Source of the DNA: an uncultured Bacteroidota bacterium
GTDB taxonomy: Bacteria; Bacteroidota; Bacteroidia; Bacteroidales; P3
Assembly: GCA_902774845.1 (NCBI GenBank)
Contig: CACYJU010000005.1
Span: 22,050-86,049 of the forward strand
Length of the DNA: 64,000 nt
Direction: 5' to 3'
Part shown: in pieces, positions 8,643 through 17,054 of the stretch
Position numbering within the stretch: position 1 is the stretch's first letter
Layout of the letters: every line of letters begins with the position of its first letter
Notes under the pieces: model-generated
What the model saw: the letters and a program-made list of their open reading frames with translations, nothing else
Told to the model about the DNA's origin: nothing
Database searches by the model: none
Position numbers and translations under genes: made by a program

Positions 8643-9185
8643 ATGAAAAAATACGACATCAGCGAGCTTGAGGCCGAACTGGAAGGCCTGTCCCTTTTGG
8701 AAAAGAAGTCGCATCTTGAGAATGTGCAGAACGATATTGAATCAGAAATAGAGGAACTGGAAACGGCAAAAGACGAAGTGGAAGAACTGTTGAGTGATGT
8801 TGAGAACCAGATCAACGAAGGCTACAAGTCGGAGATAGCCACCGCACTCAAAGGTTTTTCGTCTGATGTGTGCAAGCTTCTTCCCGACAATACGCTCGAC
8901 ATTGAAGGTCTGAAGTTTGAGTTCTATAGGTTCTGCGAAGACGACGACACACTACATATCTCCATCAGTGGTAGAAAAACCATCGTCAATACCGGCGATT
9001 TCAATGCCGAGTTCAAGGCATTCCTGCAGCCGATACTACCCGATGCCAAATACAAGGACATGCAGATATGCATCCACATTGACGACAACAGCGAGGTTGC
9101 AGCTCTGGTCAAAGGAATAGCTGAGAAACTAATCACTGAAGCGCCAAAGATTGTTGAGATGGGTGGGAAGTATAAGTTTGTGTAG
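8643..9185 (+). CDS. Hypothetical protein with an acidic coiled-coil N-terminus
   Basis: 180-aa ORF downstream of a -7 box. The N-terminal 60 aa are rich in E, L and D heptads. Confidence 0.5.
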   Translation: MKKYDISELEAELEGLSLLEKKSHLENVQNDIESEIEELETAKDEVEELLSDVENQINEGYKSEIATALKGFSSDVCKLLPDNTLDIEGLKFEFYRFCEDDDTLHISISGRKTIVNTGDFNAEFKAFLQPILPDAKYKDMQICIHIDDNSEVAALVKGIAEKLITEAPKIVEMGGKYKFV

Positions 9186-9256
9186 GTATAACACCACAAA
9201 AATATGTCTATACAGGGTAATATTGGATGATAACTTATAACAAAACCTAATTAATC

Positions 9257-9973
9257 ATGGAACAATTAAGAGAAAATCTAAAACGTTTGTATCACGATTT
9301 CTTTGTTGACATGAAGATTGATCAACAAACAGGCATTGTCAATGGGACAAATCGAAGGTTCACTGGATACCCATACATCGGGGGCAACTATATAAACGCT
9401 CCTGTTAAAATATTGTTTATACCTTTAGATGTGGGTGTAGATGAAAGAGAAAATGAAAACACATACCATACATTTGAAAGTCGAAAAGACATTTTCCCAT
9501 CAGGCAAGCTTGATTTTAATCCACATATTGCGGGTTTATATGCAACTGCTCTTTATATTCTCAAGGAAAAAATGGGATTACAGGCTGCATGGGATGCTCT
9601 TTGGGGAAATAGAAAATATAATAATGTAAAAGCCATTAATCTGGCTTACGATTCTTTGCCCAAAGATCTTATGTCGTATGTGGCCTATGAAAATCGATTT
9701 CGTTTCGTCACAATTGGTAGAAAAGAAAGAAGTGGAGGCAACGATCGTGTTTGGATTAATCCAAAAAGAGAAGGTCAACTTTTAGTAACTGAAATTAATG
9801 CCTTCTCTCCAGATATTATTGTCTTTCAAGGAAAATATGGATTAGGCAATTGTCATATTGATGAACTAAAGGAGAAATATAAGGTTGTTATTGCATACCA
9901 TCCGTCATGTTGGCAGCATAGGGCTAATAGATTAGAATACATAGTGGATCACATTGGTCCACAATTGTTATAA
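9257..9973 (+). CDS. Hypothetical protein with UDG-superfamily-like motif order (paralog 1)
   Basis: Ordered motifs: VKILFIPLDVGVDE, SYVAYENRFRFV, SPDIIVFQGKYG, VVIAYHPSCWQH. They parallel UDG family-4 elements (hhhhGEAPG, N.VK, IV.LG, HPS). Confidence 0.5.
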   Translation: MEQLRENLKRLYHDFFVDMKIDQQTGIVNGTNRRFTGYPYIGGNYINAPVKILFIPLDVGVDERENENTYHTFESRKDIFPSGKLDFNPHIAGLYATALYILKEKMGLQAAWDALWGNRKYNNVKAINLAYDSLPKDLMSYVAYENRFRFVTIGRKERSGGNDRVWINPKREGQLLVTEINAFSPDIIVFQGKYGLGNCHIDELKEKYKVVIAYHPSCWQHRANRLEYIVDHIGPQLL

Positions 9974-10183
9974 GTGAAAGGCGTCTTTTGTATTTTGTGT
10001 TAGAAACCATGTAATCTAAACATTATTATGAAAACAATAAAAGAACTTTAAAAACTACAATCACAAGTCGTTAATGAAATCTATAACCATGCGAGGAAAC
10101 TAGGATTAAGTAATGATGACCTTGAACCAATAACGGACGGTGTTTGTTCCATTGAAGGCTACATAAATTCATCCCCTAAAATT

Positions 10184-10744
10184 ATGTGGATATTAAAGGA
10201 ACCTTATGATGATTTTGACGAAGATAAACCTAATGGAGGAGGATGGTCCATTACTGAACATTGTTTCGGGGGAAAAGATGATATATGGTCCCAGCGTACG
10301 TGGCAACCGATAATCTATGTCATGTATGGCTATCTACATAGCTTGATGTGGCAAGATATGGACTGGATAAGAGATAACAAGGATATGGCAGACGTTTTAA
10401 AAGACATAGCATATATCAATGTCAGTAAAATGCCTGGATATACTCGTTCAACATGGACCAACATCAGTCACTGTTATTCTTTGTGGAAACCCATTCTTGA
10501 CAAACAATTTGATATATATGACCCCAATGTTATTGTTTGTGCAGGGACACTGTCATTTTTTAAAGAGGACTTTGTTAAAAGCGGTATGTTACAGATTGAT
10601 TCGGTGCAAAGTGCGATAGATGTATATAGATTGGATAAGAAGATTATAATTGACGCATATCATCCGTTACAAACGAAAATAGACAGGAGCTCATATGTGG
10701 ATTCAATTATAAAAATGCTTAACAAGTATTTTCCGAAAAGTTAA
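10184..10744 (+). CDS. UDG-superfamily-like paralog 2, apparently N-terminally truncated by an in-frame TAA
   Basis: MWILKEPYDD, IAYINVSKMPGYT, YDPNVIVCAGTLSFF, IIIDAYHPLQ. The same frame reads MKTIKEL-TAA-KLQSQVVNEIYNHARKLGLSNDDLEPITDGVCSIEGYINSSPKI from the ATG at 10028. Confidence 0.5.
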   Translation: MWILKEPYDDFDEDKPNGGGWSITEHCFGGKDDIWSQRTWQPIIYVMYGYLHSLMWQDMDWIRDNKDMADVLKDIAYINVSKMPGYTRSTWTNISHCYSLWKPILDKQFDIYDPNVIVCAGTLSFFKEDFVKSGMLQIDSVQSAIDVYRLDKKIIIDAYHPLQTKIDRSSYVDSIIKMLNKYFPKS

Positions 10745-10767
10745 TGGAATCGAAATGTTAAAATGGT

Positions 10768-11919
10768 ATGAGAAAAAATATTATTGATAGAAGGAATGCT
10801 GAGTATTCTCCCCTGATTGATGATTTCAAAGATGAGGTAAAGGATTTGAATTTCAAAGGAATCACAGGTCCTCACTTCCCGAGTATTGGCGAATGCTATG
10901 AAGATGCAAAATATAAGTTTGCTTTTTGTGGTATGGAAACGTATGGATGGAACAAAATGCCGTATTTTATGGAACAAAAACCAGACTCATATTTGACTGA
11001 AAGTGATACCCTTCTTAATAATTATGAACATCTGACTTGGGCAGCAAACTGGCATGCAACATTTTGGGGATTTGTCTTCAAGTTTTTAGCCAAATTCTAT
11101 AAGATGGAATTTGAAAAACTAGTCAATGATAAGAACGACTTTAACGCCCGTTCTCTTCTAAAAAGTTTCGTATGGGCAAATTCAAATGCTATTGAACGGT
11201 ATGATGTAACAAGCAAATGGGAAGGTGCTGATCAAGCAGCATGGGAGTCTGTTAAAAGCGCCAGTAAAAGATTTGACGATATTAACCACATACTCAATTC
11301 ATGTGATCCAAAAGTTGTTTTTATCATTTATGGCGGAGCAAATGAAGAATATATGCTGAATGAAAAAACAATAAGTGATATTTATGGCATTGACCCTAAC
11401 CAAAGAAAAGGTTGGTTGCGATTGCGTCATAATAACCCTAAATATGACTATATTTATCTTCGCAGTACATCTACACACATTTTCCACTTGCCTCATCCTA
11501 CCTGGATGGGTTTATATAGCGGTATAGGAATAGACGCTTATGTGGATTCGTTGATTCAAGATATCGAAAACTATCATATTTGGGATAAATTACCAAATTC
11601 GAATGATGACTGGAACATGAATATGGTGGATGAAGTCGAACCTTCAACTATCGATTTCAAATATCGACTGATTGCTTCGGTCGCACATTCTTTGGTTCAG
11701 AATAATGTGGTAATGTGTGGCGGTGATATGGTTAGATTATTCAATATGAACGGAATTCATACGCAAAGAGGTTCTGACTATTCAAACAACATTAGTCAAG
11801 GATCATATAAGCCCATTTCCAGTGCTTGGGCATACTATTATAATAGGGGTGATTATCAGACGGCATACGAAATCGCACGAGCTTTTGTTAATCAAAATGG
11901 AGAATATGCCTACGAATAA
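10768..11919 (+). CDS. UDG-superfamily-like paralog 3 with a roughly 110-aa C-terminal extension
   Basis: KYKFAFCGMETYGWN, SFVWANSNAIERY, CDPKVVFIIYGGANE, THIFHLPHPTWMG. The N-terminus is homologous to the remnant at 8326. Confidence 0.5.
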   Translation: MRKNIIDRRNAEYSPLIDDFKDEVKDLNFKGITGPHFPSIGECYEDAKYKFAFCGMETYGWNKMPYFMEQKPDSYLTESDTLLNNYEHLTWAANWHATFWGFVFKFLAKFYKMEFEKLVNDKNDFNARSLLKSFVWANSNAIERYDVTSKWEGADQAAWESVKSASKRFDDINHILNSCDPKVVFIIYGGANEEYMLNEKTISDIYGIDPNQRKGWLRLRHNNPKYDYIYLRSTSTHIFHLPHPTWMGLYSGIGIDAYVDSLIQDIENYHIWDKLPNSNDDWNMNMVDEVEPSTIDFKYRLIASVAHSLVQNNVVMCGGDMVRLFNMNGIHTQRGSDYSNNISQGSYKPISSAWAYYYNRGDYQTAYEIARAFVNQNGEYAYE

Positions 11920-11954
11920 AAGGCTGTGATTATTTGAAAATCCAATCTTTTGAA

Positions 11955-12038
11955 GGAGTGTCACAATCTGGCACTCCTTTTGTTTTTCTTTGCATCTTGT
12001 AACAGGAAAGCAAAACTTATTTATTTACTTAAAACTTT
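11955..12038 (+). promoter_or_regulatory. Terminator-promoter-leader module, copy 1
   Basis: Hairpin GGAGTGTCAcaatcTGGCACTCC, a T-tract TTTTGTTTTT, a TTTG box (ttctttgcatc), and the leader cttaaaactttatgattatga. It is similar to the modules at 12789 and 14121. Confidence 0.65.
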
Positions 12039-12188
12039 ATGATTATGAGAAATGTATTGCTTACGGGATTGTATTGGTTCTCCAGATTGCTCGGCGGAGA
12101 TTCGCCCATCCGTCTCACTCCGAGAAAAGTACCTGTGGAAAATCATGCCCAGAACCGGAATATGACAAAGCGAAATGAAAAATTCTGA
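12039..12188 (+). pseudogene. N-terminal remnant of a paralog of the 14200 gene
   Basis: MIMRNVLLTGLYWFSRLLGGDSPIRLTPRKV parallels MIMKNVLIAGFEMFLKKLMGIPPIRLNPRAV, then diverges and stops after 49 codons. Confidence 0.6.
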
Positions 12189-12530
12189 AACGAACCAATG
12201 AAACATACAATTATGAATATCGAAAGCATAAAACCAGAATGAACCACAAGAAGAAAACTTTGATATTTTGTGCAATGGCTTGCTTTGTTGCACTATTGGT
12301 TGTGGTTATCTGTCTGAATGCCGAATCACGATGGGTACGGATTCCGTTTGTATGACAAACAATCCGTCACCCGCCTAAGCGATCTCCACACCTGCTGAAT
12401 TTTGCACCGAATTTGACTAAAAAATGACAAAAAAAACAGTAAAAAATCGATGATTTTGGGGCGAGAAAGGGGATGCAGCATGGAAGCCTATAAATTTACA
12501 CACCTATAAACCAACCTGTTATCCTTTCGG

Positions 12531-12606
12531 CCGTTACACCGTTGCACCGTTGCAGTTCGTTTTTCATATAGGGGGATTTTCACTTGGAACTGCAACGGTG
12601 CAACGG
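12531..12606. repeat. Perfect 20-bp inverted repeat built from CCGTTGCA 8-mers (three forward, two reverse)
   Basis: Left side is ccgttaca ccgttgca ccgttgca gttc (12531-12558). A 28-nt spacer follows. Right side is gaac tgcaacgg tgcaacgg (12587-12606). Confidence 0.9.
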
Positions 12607-12788
12607 CAAAAATGCCCTGATTCGTAATCATCTGATTACCAATGGATGTTAAATTCCGTGTGTTGTGGGAGTTGACTGGGAGTTAGTACGGAGTTGGTAC
12701 GGAGCTAAACGAATTTTGAATTCCTAATTTTGAATTATGAATATAGACGGGGACTTTTTCAAGTTGAAAGTTGATTTTTTTTGTGGGA

Positions 12789-12857
12789 GTGTCACGATGT
12801 GGCACACCTTTTGTTTTTCTTTGCAACTTGAAAAAACAAACAAAACGTTTATGCATT
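12789..12857 (+). promoter_or_regulatory. Terminator-promoter-leader module, copy 2
   Basis: GTGTCACgatGTGGCAC hairpin, ACCTTTTGTTTTT, ctttgcaacttgaaaaaacaaac. It lies directly upstream of the ATG at 12858. Confidence 0.65.
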
Positions 12858-14099
12858 ATGAGAAATAAGGGATTAATGCCGAAGCAAGTGGACACTTCGA
12901 TGATTAAGGACTGTATTGGAGTAAAAGAAGGGGTTGATGAGGATGAAATACGTAAAGGGGAATCGCATATACTGGAGACGCTAAATGCTTACGGAATAGG
13001 GGTTGAACGGATAACCGCAGAGCTGCGACTCAGCGTGATTTATTATGAGGTGTTCCCGTCGAAGGATTTTGGCTTTCTGGAATTGAAAAAACATTTGTAT
13101 GATTTTTCCGTTTCGCTTGGCTCGATATACGCACGAATATTAGTGCCTGTTCCTGGCAAGGTGGCGATAGGAATAGAGTTTCCCAGAACTAATCCGCAGT
13201 TGGTCTCGGCTAAAGAGGTCTTCGATAGCGAGGCTTTTAGGGGGAGTGATGCAATCTTGCCCGTTGTTTTCGGGAAAACAGATTTGAACCAATACTATGT
13301 GTCGGACCTTACGAGAATGCATCATATTCTGATTGCAGGAGCCACCGGGATGGGTAAAACCATGTGCCTGAAGTCGATGATAGTTGGCTTGTTGTACAAG
13401 AAACGGAGTCCTGAGTTAAAACTGGTATTAATCGACACCAAGAGAGTGGAATTCAATGTATTTACGTCCCTTGATACAACTTTCTTTGCCAAAGAAAAAA
13501 ACATTGATACCGACATTATTACTGGTACGATGCAATCAATAAGGATGATCAATGCTTTGAAAATGGAGATGGATAAAAGGTATGATCTTCTAAGAGAAAC
13601 AGGTACGAGTAATATTGAGGACTATAATGAAAAACAATTCCAAAATGGAAATGAAGAAGGATGTCACTGTTTGCCATATATCGTGGTTGTAATTGATGAA
13701 TTTGCGGACCTGATGCTTACGTCAAGAAAAGAATTGGAAGAACCCTTGGTAATGCTTGCTACATTAAGTCATAGGGTAGGTATCCATTTGATTATGTCAA
13801 CCCAACGTCCAACAACCAATATTGTGACTGGTTCGATATTGGTCAATTTCCCTATTCGGGTGGCATTTAAAATGGCAATACCATCGGAGTCAAGACGTGT
13901 TATAGGCAGAGATGATGCGGTTTGTCTGATTGGTAATGGAGATATGTTTATCTCCACGCCGTCTGACAATGAACCAATACGTTGTCAAGGGGCTTATGTG
14001 TCCGATTCCGATACTGCAAACATTGTGAGGTTCATTAATGGACAAAATGGATGTTTGGATGATGAATATTATCTGCCAATGATGGGTAAAGAGGAATGA
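12858..14099 (+). CDS. FtsK/SpoIIIE-family DNA translocase ATPase domain protein (no TM segments seen)
   Basis: Walker A IAGATGMGKT, Walker B VVVIDEFADLM, and MSTQRP. The start is set at MRNKGL after the promoter module, because the track start at 12771 runs through that module. Confidence 0.8.
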   Translation: MRNKGLMPKQVDTSMIKDCIGVKEGVDEDEIRKGESHILETLNAYGIGVERITAELRLSVIYYEVFPSKDFGFLELKKHLYDFSVSLGSIYARILVPVPGKVAIGIEFPRTNPQLVSAKEVFDSEAFRGSDAILPVVFGKTDLNQYYVSDLTRMHHILIAGATGMGKTMCLKSMIVGLLYKKRSPELKLVLIDTKRVEFNVFTSLDTTFFAKEKNIDTDIITGTMQSIRMINALKMEMDKRYDLLRETGTSNIEDYNEKQFQNGNEEGCHCLPYIVVVIDEFADLMLTSRKELEEPLVMLATLSHRVGIHLIMSTQRPTTNIVTGSILVNFPIRVAFKMAIPSESRRVIGRDDAVCLIGNGDMFISTPSDNEPIRCQGAYVSDSDTANIVRFINGQNGCLDDEYYLPMMGKEE

Positions 14100-14120
14100 G
14101 TCGTGTGTGTGTTTCGACAT

Positions 14121-14199
14121 GTGTCACGATGTGGCACACCGTTTTTGTTTCTTTGCAACTTGAAAGAACAAACAAACTTAATTATTCACTTAAAACTTA
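14121..14199 (+). promoter_or_regulatory. Terminator-promoter-leader module, copy 3
   Basis: GTGTCACgatGTGGCACAC, CGTTTTTGTTT, ctttgcaacttgaaagaacaaac, and the leader cttaaaacttaatgattatga. Confidence 0.65.
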
Positions 14200-15243
14200 A
14201 TGATTATGAAAAATGTATTGATTGCAGGATTTGAAATGTTTCTCAAGAAGTTGATGGGAATTCCACCGATAAGGCTCAATCCGAGGGCGGTGGTAGTGAC
14301 GGCATGCCTCGCTTTTATGGTTGCAACTCCAGTGGCGGCGCAGAAGACGGTGCGCTACGAGGGCGTGATGATAATGCCAGGAGATCTGGATCAGATGCGG
14401 CAGTTGATGTCGGTGTCTGTCGGTGACAGAGGGGATGGGTACTATGATTATTATGAGAACGCAGACGGTGACAGGGTGAAGCACGGGAAGTTCTTATTTA
14501 TACATAAGTACTCGGCATCGGTCTGGCAAGTACTGTATGGGCAGTATAAGGATGGCAAAAAGACAGGAGTGTGGGTGGTTAAGGACTCGATAGTGACAAA
14601 AGAGCGAATCAAGAAATATGCACTCTATGATGTCCGCGCTACCTATGAGAACGACTTGCTGAATGGGGCTTTTAAGTGCAAGAGATGCAAGTCAGGCAGC
14701 TTTTATATTCTGGAATGTAACTTCGTGAACGGACGTATGATTGGGGATGCAACATTCTCGTATGTTCCCAACGTGTCGTATGAGGTGAAGGCATCGACGT
14801 TGCAGGGCAAGATGGATGAGGCAGGACTGCCGACGGGAGTCTGGACGATGACTGACAAAATTGACGTGGAGGTGATACAGAAGAGGGTGTATGTGCAGGG
14901 AGCGTGCATCTATGTGGAGGAGAGGAACCAAGCTACGGGAGAACGGTATTCGTTATTTGGTGTATTCCCGGACATGAAAAAAGTGTCGGATGCGGATAAT
15001 GTAAAAGTGCTGGAAGAGAGTATTGAATATAATGGACAGGTGGCGAAAAAAGTAAAAGGGTTGAACCGGTCACCGGACGGGTGGTCAAATAGAATCTATC
15101 AGACGCAGGCGAACCAGGCTTCTATAGGAAAATATGAGATTGGGAAGCTGCTGGAGGATGTGCTTCCCAGTGGGTGGCGAGACGAGGAAGATGAACTGGG
15201 CAAGCAGATGAAGGATTGGGAGTGGCACTATGCGGTTGAGTAA
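14200..15243 (+). CDS. Secreted hypothetical protein, possibly MORN-variant/YwqK-like repeats
   Basis: N-terminal hydrophobic segment ending PVAAQ. Repeated G-x-W/G-K motifs: GKKTGVWVVKD, GLPTGVWTM, NGRMIGDATF. Confidence 0.4.
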   Translation: MIMKNVLIAGFEMFLKKLMGIPPIRLNPRAVVVTACLAFMVATPVAAQKTVRYEGVMIMPGDLDQMRQLMSVSVGDRGDGYYDYYENADGDRVKHGKFLFIHKYSASVWQVLYGQYKDGKKTGVWVVKDSIVTKERIKKYALYDVRATYENDLLNGAFKCKRCKSGSFYILECNFVNGRMIGDATFSYVPNVSYEVKASTLQGKMDEAGLPTGVWTMTDKIDVEVIQKRVYVQGACIYVEERNQATGERYSLFGVFPDMKKVSDADNVKVLEESIEYNGQVAKKVKGLNRSPDGWSNRIYQTQANQASIGKYEIGKLLEDVLPSGWRDEEDELGKQMKDWEWHYAVE

Positions 15244-15295
15244 TAGGAGCGTGCTTGCACAATGAAAATGTAAAATATTATTCATCTAGAACTTA

Positions 15296-15523
15296 ATGAT
15301 TATGAGTAAAGTATTCAGAATTACACCCAAGGCGGTGCGCAGGGTTAACGGAACGGTGCTGACACCGGAAATGACGGTTGTGGTCACGACCAAACAACAC
15401 ACATTAGACCCCTTCTATAATGGGGCTGAGGAGGTGCAGGAGGCGTACATGCGGATGTACGGATTCGACTACAAGAAGGCCGGCTGCTGCAAAAGCTACT
15501 TCACGTTTGAGAGGCTTGATTAA
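15296..15523 (+). CDS. Small hypothetical protein (75 aa)
   Basis: ORF preceded by the same leader (gaacttaatgattatga). I recall similar small proteins on Bacteroidales conjugative elements, but I cannot verify this here. Confidence 0.45.
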   Translation: MIMSKVFRITPKAVRRVNGTVLTPEMTVVVTTKQHTLDPFYNGAEEVQEAYMRMYGFDYKKAGCCKSYFTFERLD

Positions 15524-15598
15524 GGGGAATATGGATGAGTTAAACCACTCTGCACAGAAAGTGCAGAGTGGTTCTCTTGGAGAAAAAAGACCAAAGAC

Positions 15599-15862
15599 AT
15601 GGGAACGCTGTATAAATTAAGATGCCCGATATGTGGCCAAGAGTTTGAATGGCATGAGGGGCCTGGGATGCTTACGGAAGTGCTGCATTGCGACAAATGT
15701 GGCAAGGAGATGTGGACAAAGGAGCCGCTGATGGAGTTTGAGCACATACAATGTGCCTGCGGAGGAACCTTCGACAAGGAGGTGCCCTTCATCTGCCCCA
15801 AGTGTGGAAGGGAACTGGAGCATCCAAGGGATTGCGTGTTGGAAGTGAGATGTTGGGATTGA
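15599..15862 (+). CDS. Zinc-ribbon protein (multiple CxxC pairs)
   Basis: CPICG ... CDKCG ... CACGG ... CPKCG. Confidence 0.5.
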   Translation: MGTLYKLRCPICGQEFEWHEGPGMLTEVLHCDKCGKEMWTKEPLMEFEHIQCACGGTFDKEVPFICPKCGRELEHPRDCVLEVRCWD

Positions 15863-15881
15863 AGGAGAATTGAAAAATAGG

Positions 15882-15889
15882 TATCTTTG
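15882..15889 (+). promoter_or_regulatory. -7 promoter box TAtcTTTG
   Basis: ggTATCTTTGcagattagaactta. The next substantial ORF starts at 16053, which implies a long leader. Confidence 0.45.
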
Positions 15890-16052
15890 CAGATTAGAAC
15901 TTACCTTAAAGTATAATGCAAAGGACCACATAGATGAATCCTAGAAAAGACTTTTCCCCCCTTGAAAAAATGAGAAAATGGTAAATGTCCAAGCGCTATT
16001 ATGTCGTAATTGGACAATGCAATAGTATGAGGATTATGGCGTTATAGGTAAT

Positions 16053-17054
16053 ATGGAGAATATCAACGACAAGATAGTCATTTATCAGACGGAGGATGGG
16101 CAGACCGCTATTGATGTGCGGTTGGAACAGGAAACGGTTTGGCTGACAGCCAACCAAATGGCCTTCCTTTTTGACAGAGATGATAAAACAATTAGAAAGC
16201 ACATTGACAATGCAATAAAGGAGGAATTGTCCGATTCAGTGGTTGTCGCAAAATTTGCGACAACCACTCCGCATGGTGCCATTGAAGGCAAAACACAAAC
16301 ACGTTTGGTCAATTACTACAACCTCGATGTCATTATTTCTGTGGGTTATCGGGTTAAGTCTAAAAGAGGTGTGGATTTTAGACGTTGGGCAAACCGCGTG
16401 TTGAAGGATTATCTCGTCAAAGGATACGCCATTAACGAGAAACTGCGCAAGGAACAGATAGGTGAGCTGCGCCAGCTGGTGGGGATGCTGGGGCGTACAC
16501 TTCAGAGCCAACCGCTGCTTTCGAACGATGAGACCACTGCGCTGTTCGATGTGGTGACCGATTACACATACGCCCTCGACACTCTCGACAGCTACGACTA
16601 CCAGCGGTTGACCGTGAACGGTACCACTAACGAGGCTGCTTTTCATGCCACCTACGAAAACGCTGTGCAAGCCATAAACTCGCTGAAGGAACGCTTCGGC
16701 GAAAGTAGCTTGTTCGGAAACGAGAAAGATGATTCGTTCAAAAGTTCAATCGGGCAGATATACCAGACGTTCGACGGCGCAGAGCTTTATCCCAGCACCG
16801 AGGAAAAGGCAGCCATGCTACTATACCTCGTCACCAAGAACCATTCGTTCAGCGACGGCAACAAGCGTATCGCCGCCACTTTGTTCCTGTGGTTTTTGAA
16901 CAACAACCATATCCTTTATCGCGAGGACGGCAGCAAGCGCATTGCCGACAATACACTTGTCGCTCTCACGCTGATGATTGCGGAGAGTCGTCCGGAAGAG
17001 AAGGACGTCATGGTGAAAGTGGTGGTAAACTTAATAAACAAGAATAACTTATGA
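16053..17054 (+). CDS. RhuM-family N-terminal domain fused to a Fic/Doc domain (Doc-type motif)
   Basis: The N-terminus IVIYQTEDGQTAIDVRLEQETVWLTANQMAFLFDRDDKTIRKHI is typical of RhuM proteins. The C-terminal HSFSDGNKRIAA matches the Doc motif HxFx(D/N)(A/G)NKR. Confidence 0.8.
   Translation: MENINDKIVIYQTEDGQTAIDVRLEQETVWLTANQMAFLFDRDDKTIRKHIDNAIKEELSDSVVVAKFATTTPHGAIEGKTQTRLVNYYNLDVIISVGYRVKSKRGVDFRRWANRVLKDYLVKGYAINEKLRKEQIGELRQLVGMLGRTLQSQPLLSNDETTALFDVVTDYTYALDTLDSYDYQRLTVNGTTNEAAFHATYENAVQAINSLKERFGESSLFGNEKDDSFKSSIGQIYQTFDGAELYPSTEEKAAMLLYLVTKNHSFSDGNKRIAATLFLWFLNNNHILYREDGSKRIADNTLVALTLMIAESRPEEKDVMVKVVVNLINKNNL

Noticed and set aside
12238-12357. A 39-codon ORF encoding a TM-like peptide (MNHKKKTLIFCAMACFVALLVVVICLNAESRWVRIPFV).
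   Set aside because: It is too short, and there is no promoter box or conservation evidence. It may be real, but this window alone cannot support it.
11962-14150. TGGCAC-N5-TTGT/TTTT in the three repeated modules looked like sigma-54 (-24/-12) promoters, and rpoN is present in the window.
   Set aside because: The -12 element lacks the conserved GC (it reads TTGT/TTTT rather than TTGC). The TGGCAC forms the 3' arm of a hairpin followed by a T-tract, which is better explained as an intrinsic terminator. A standard TTTG -7-type box follows.
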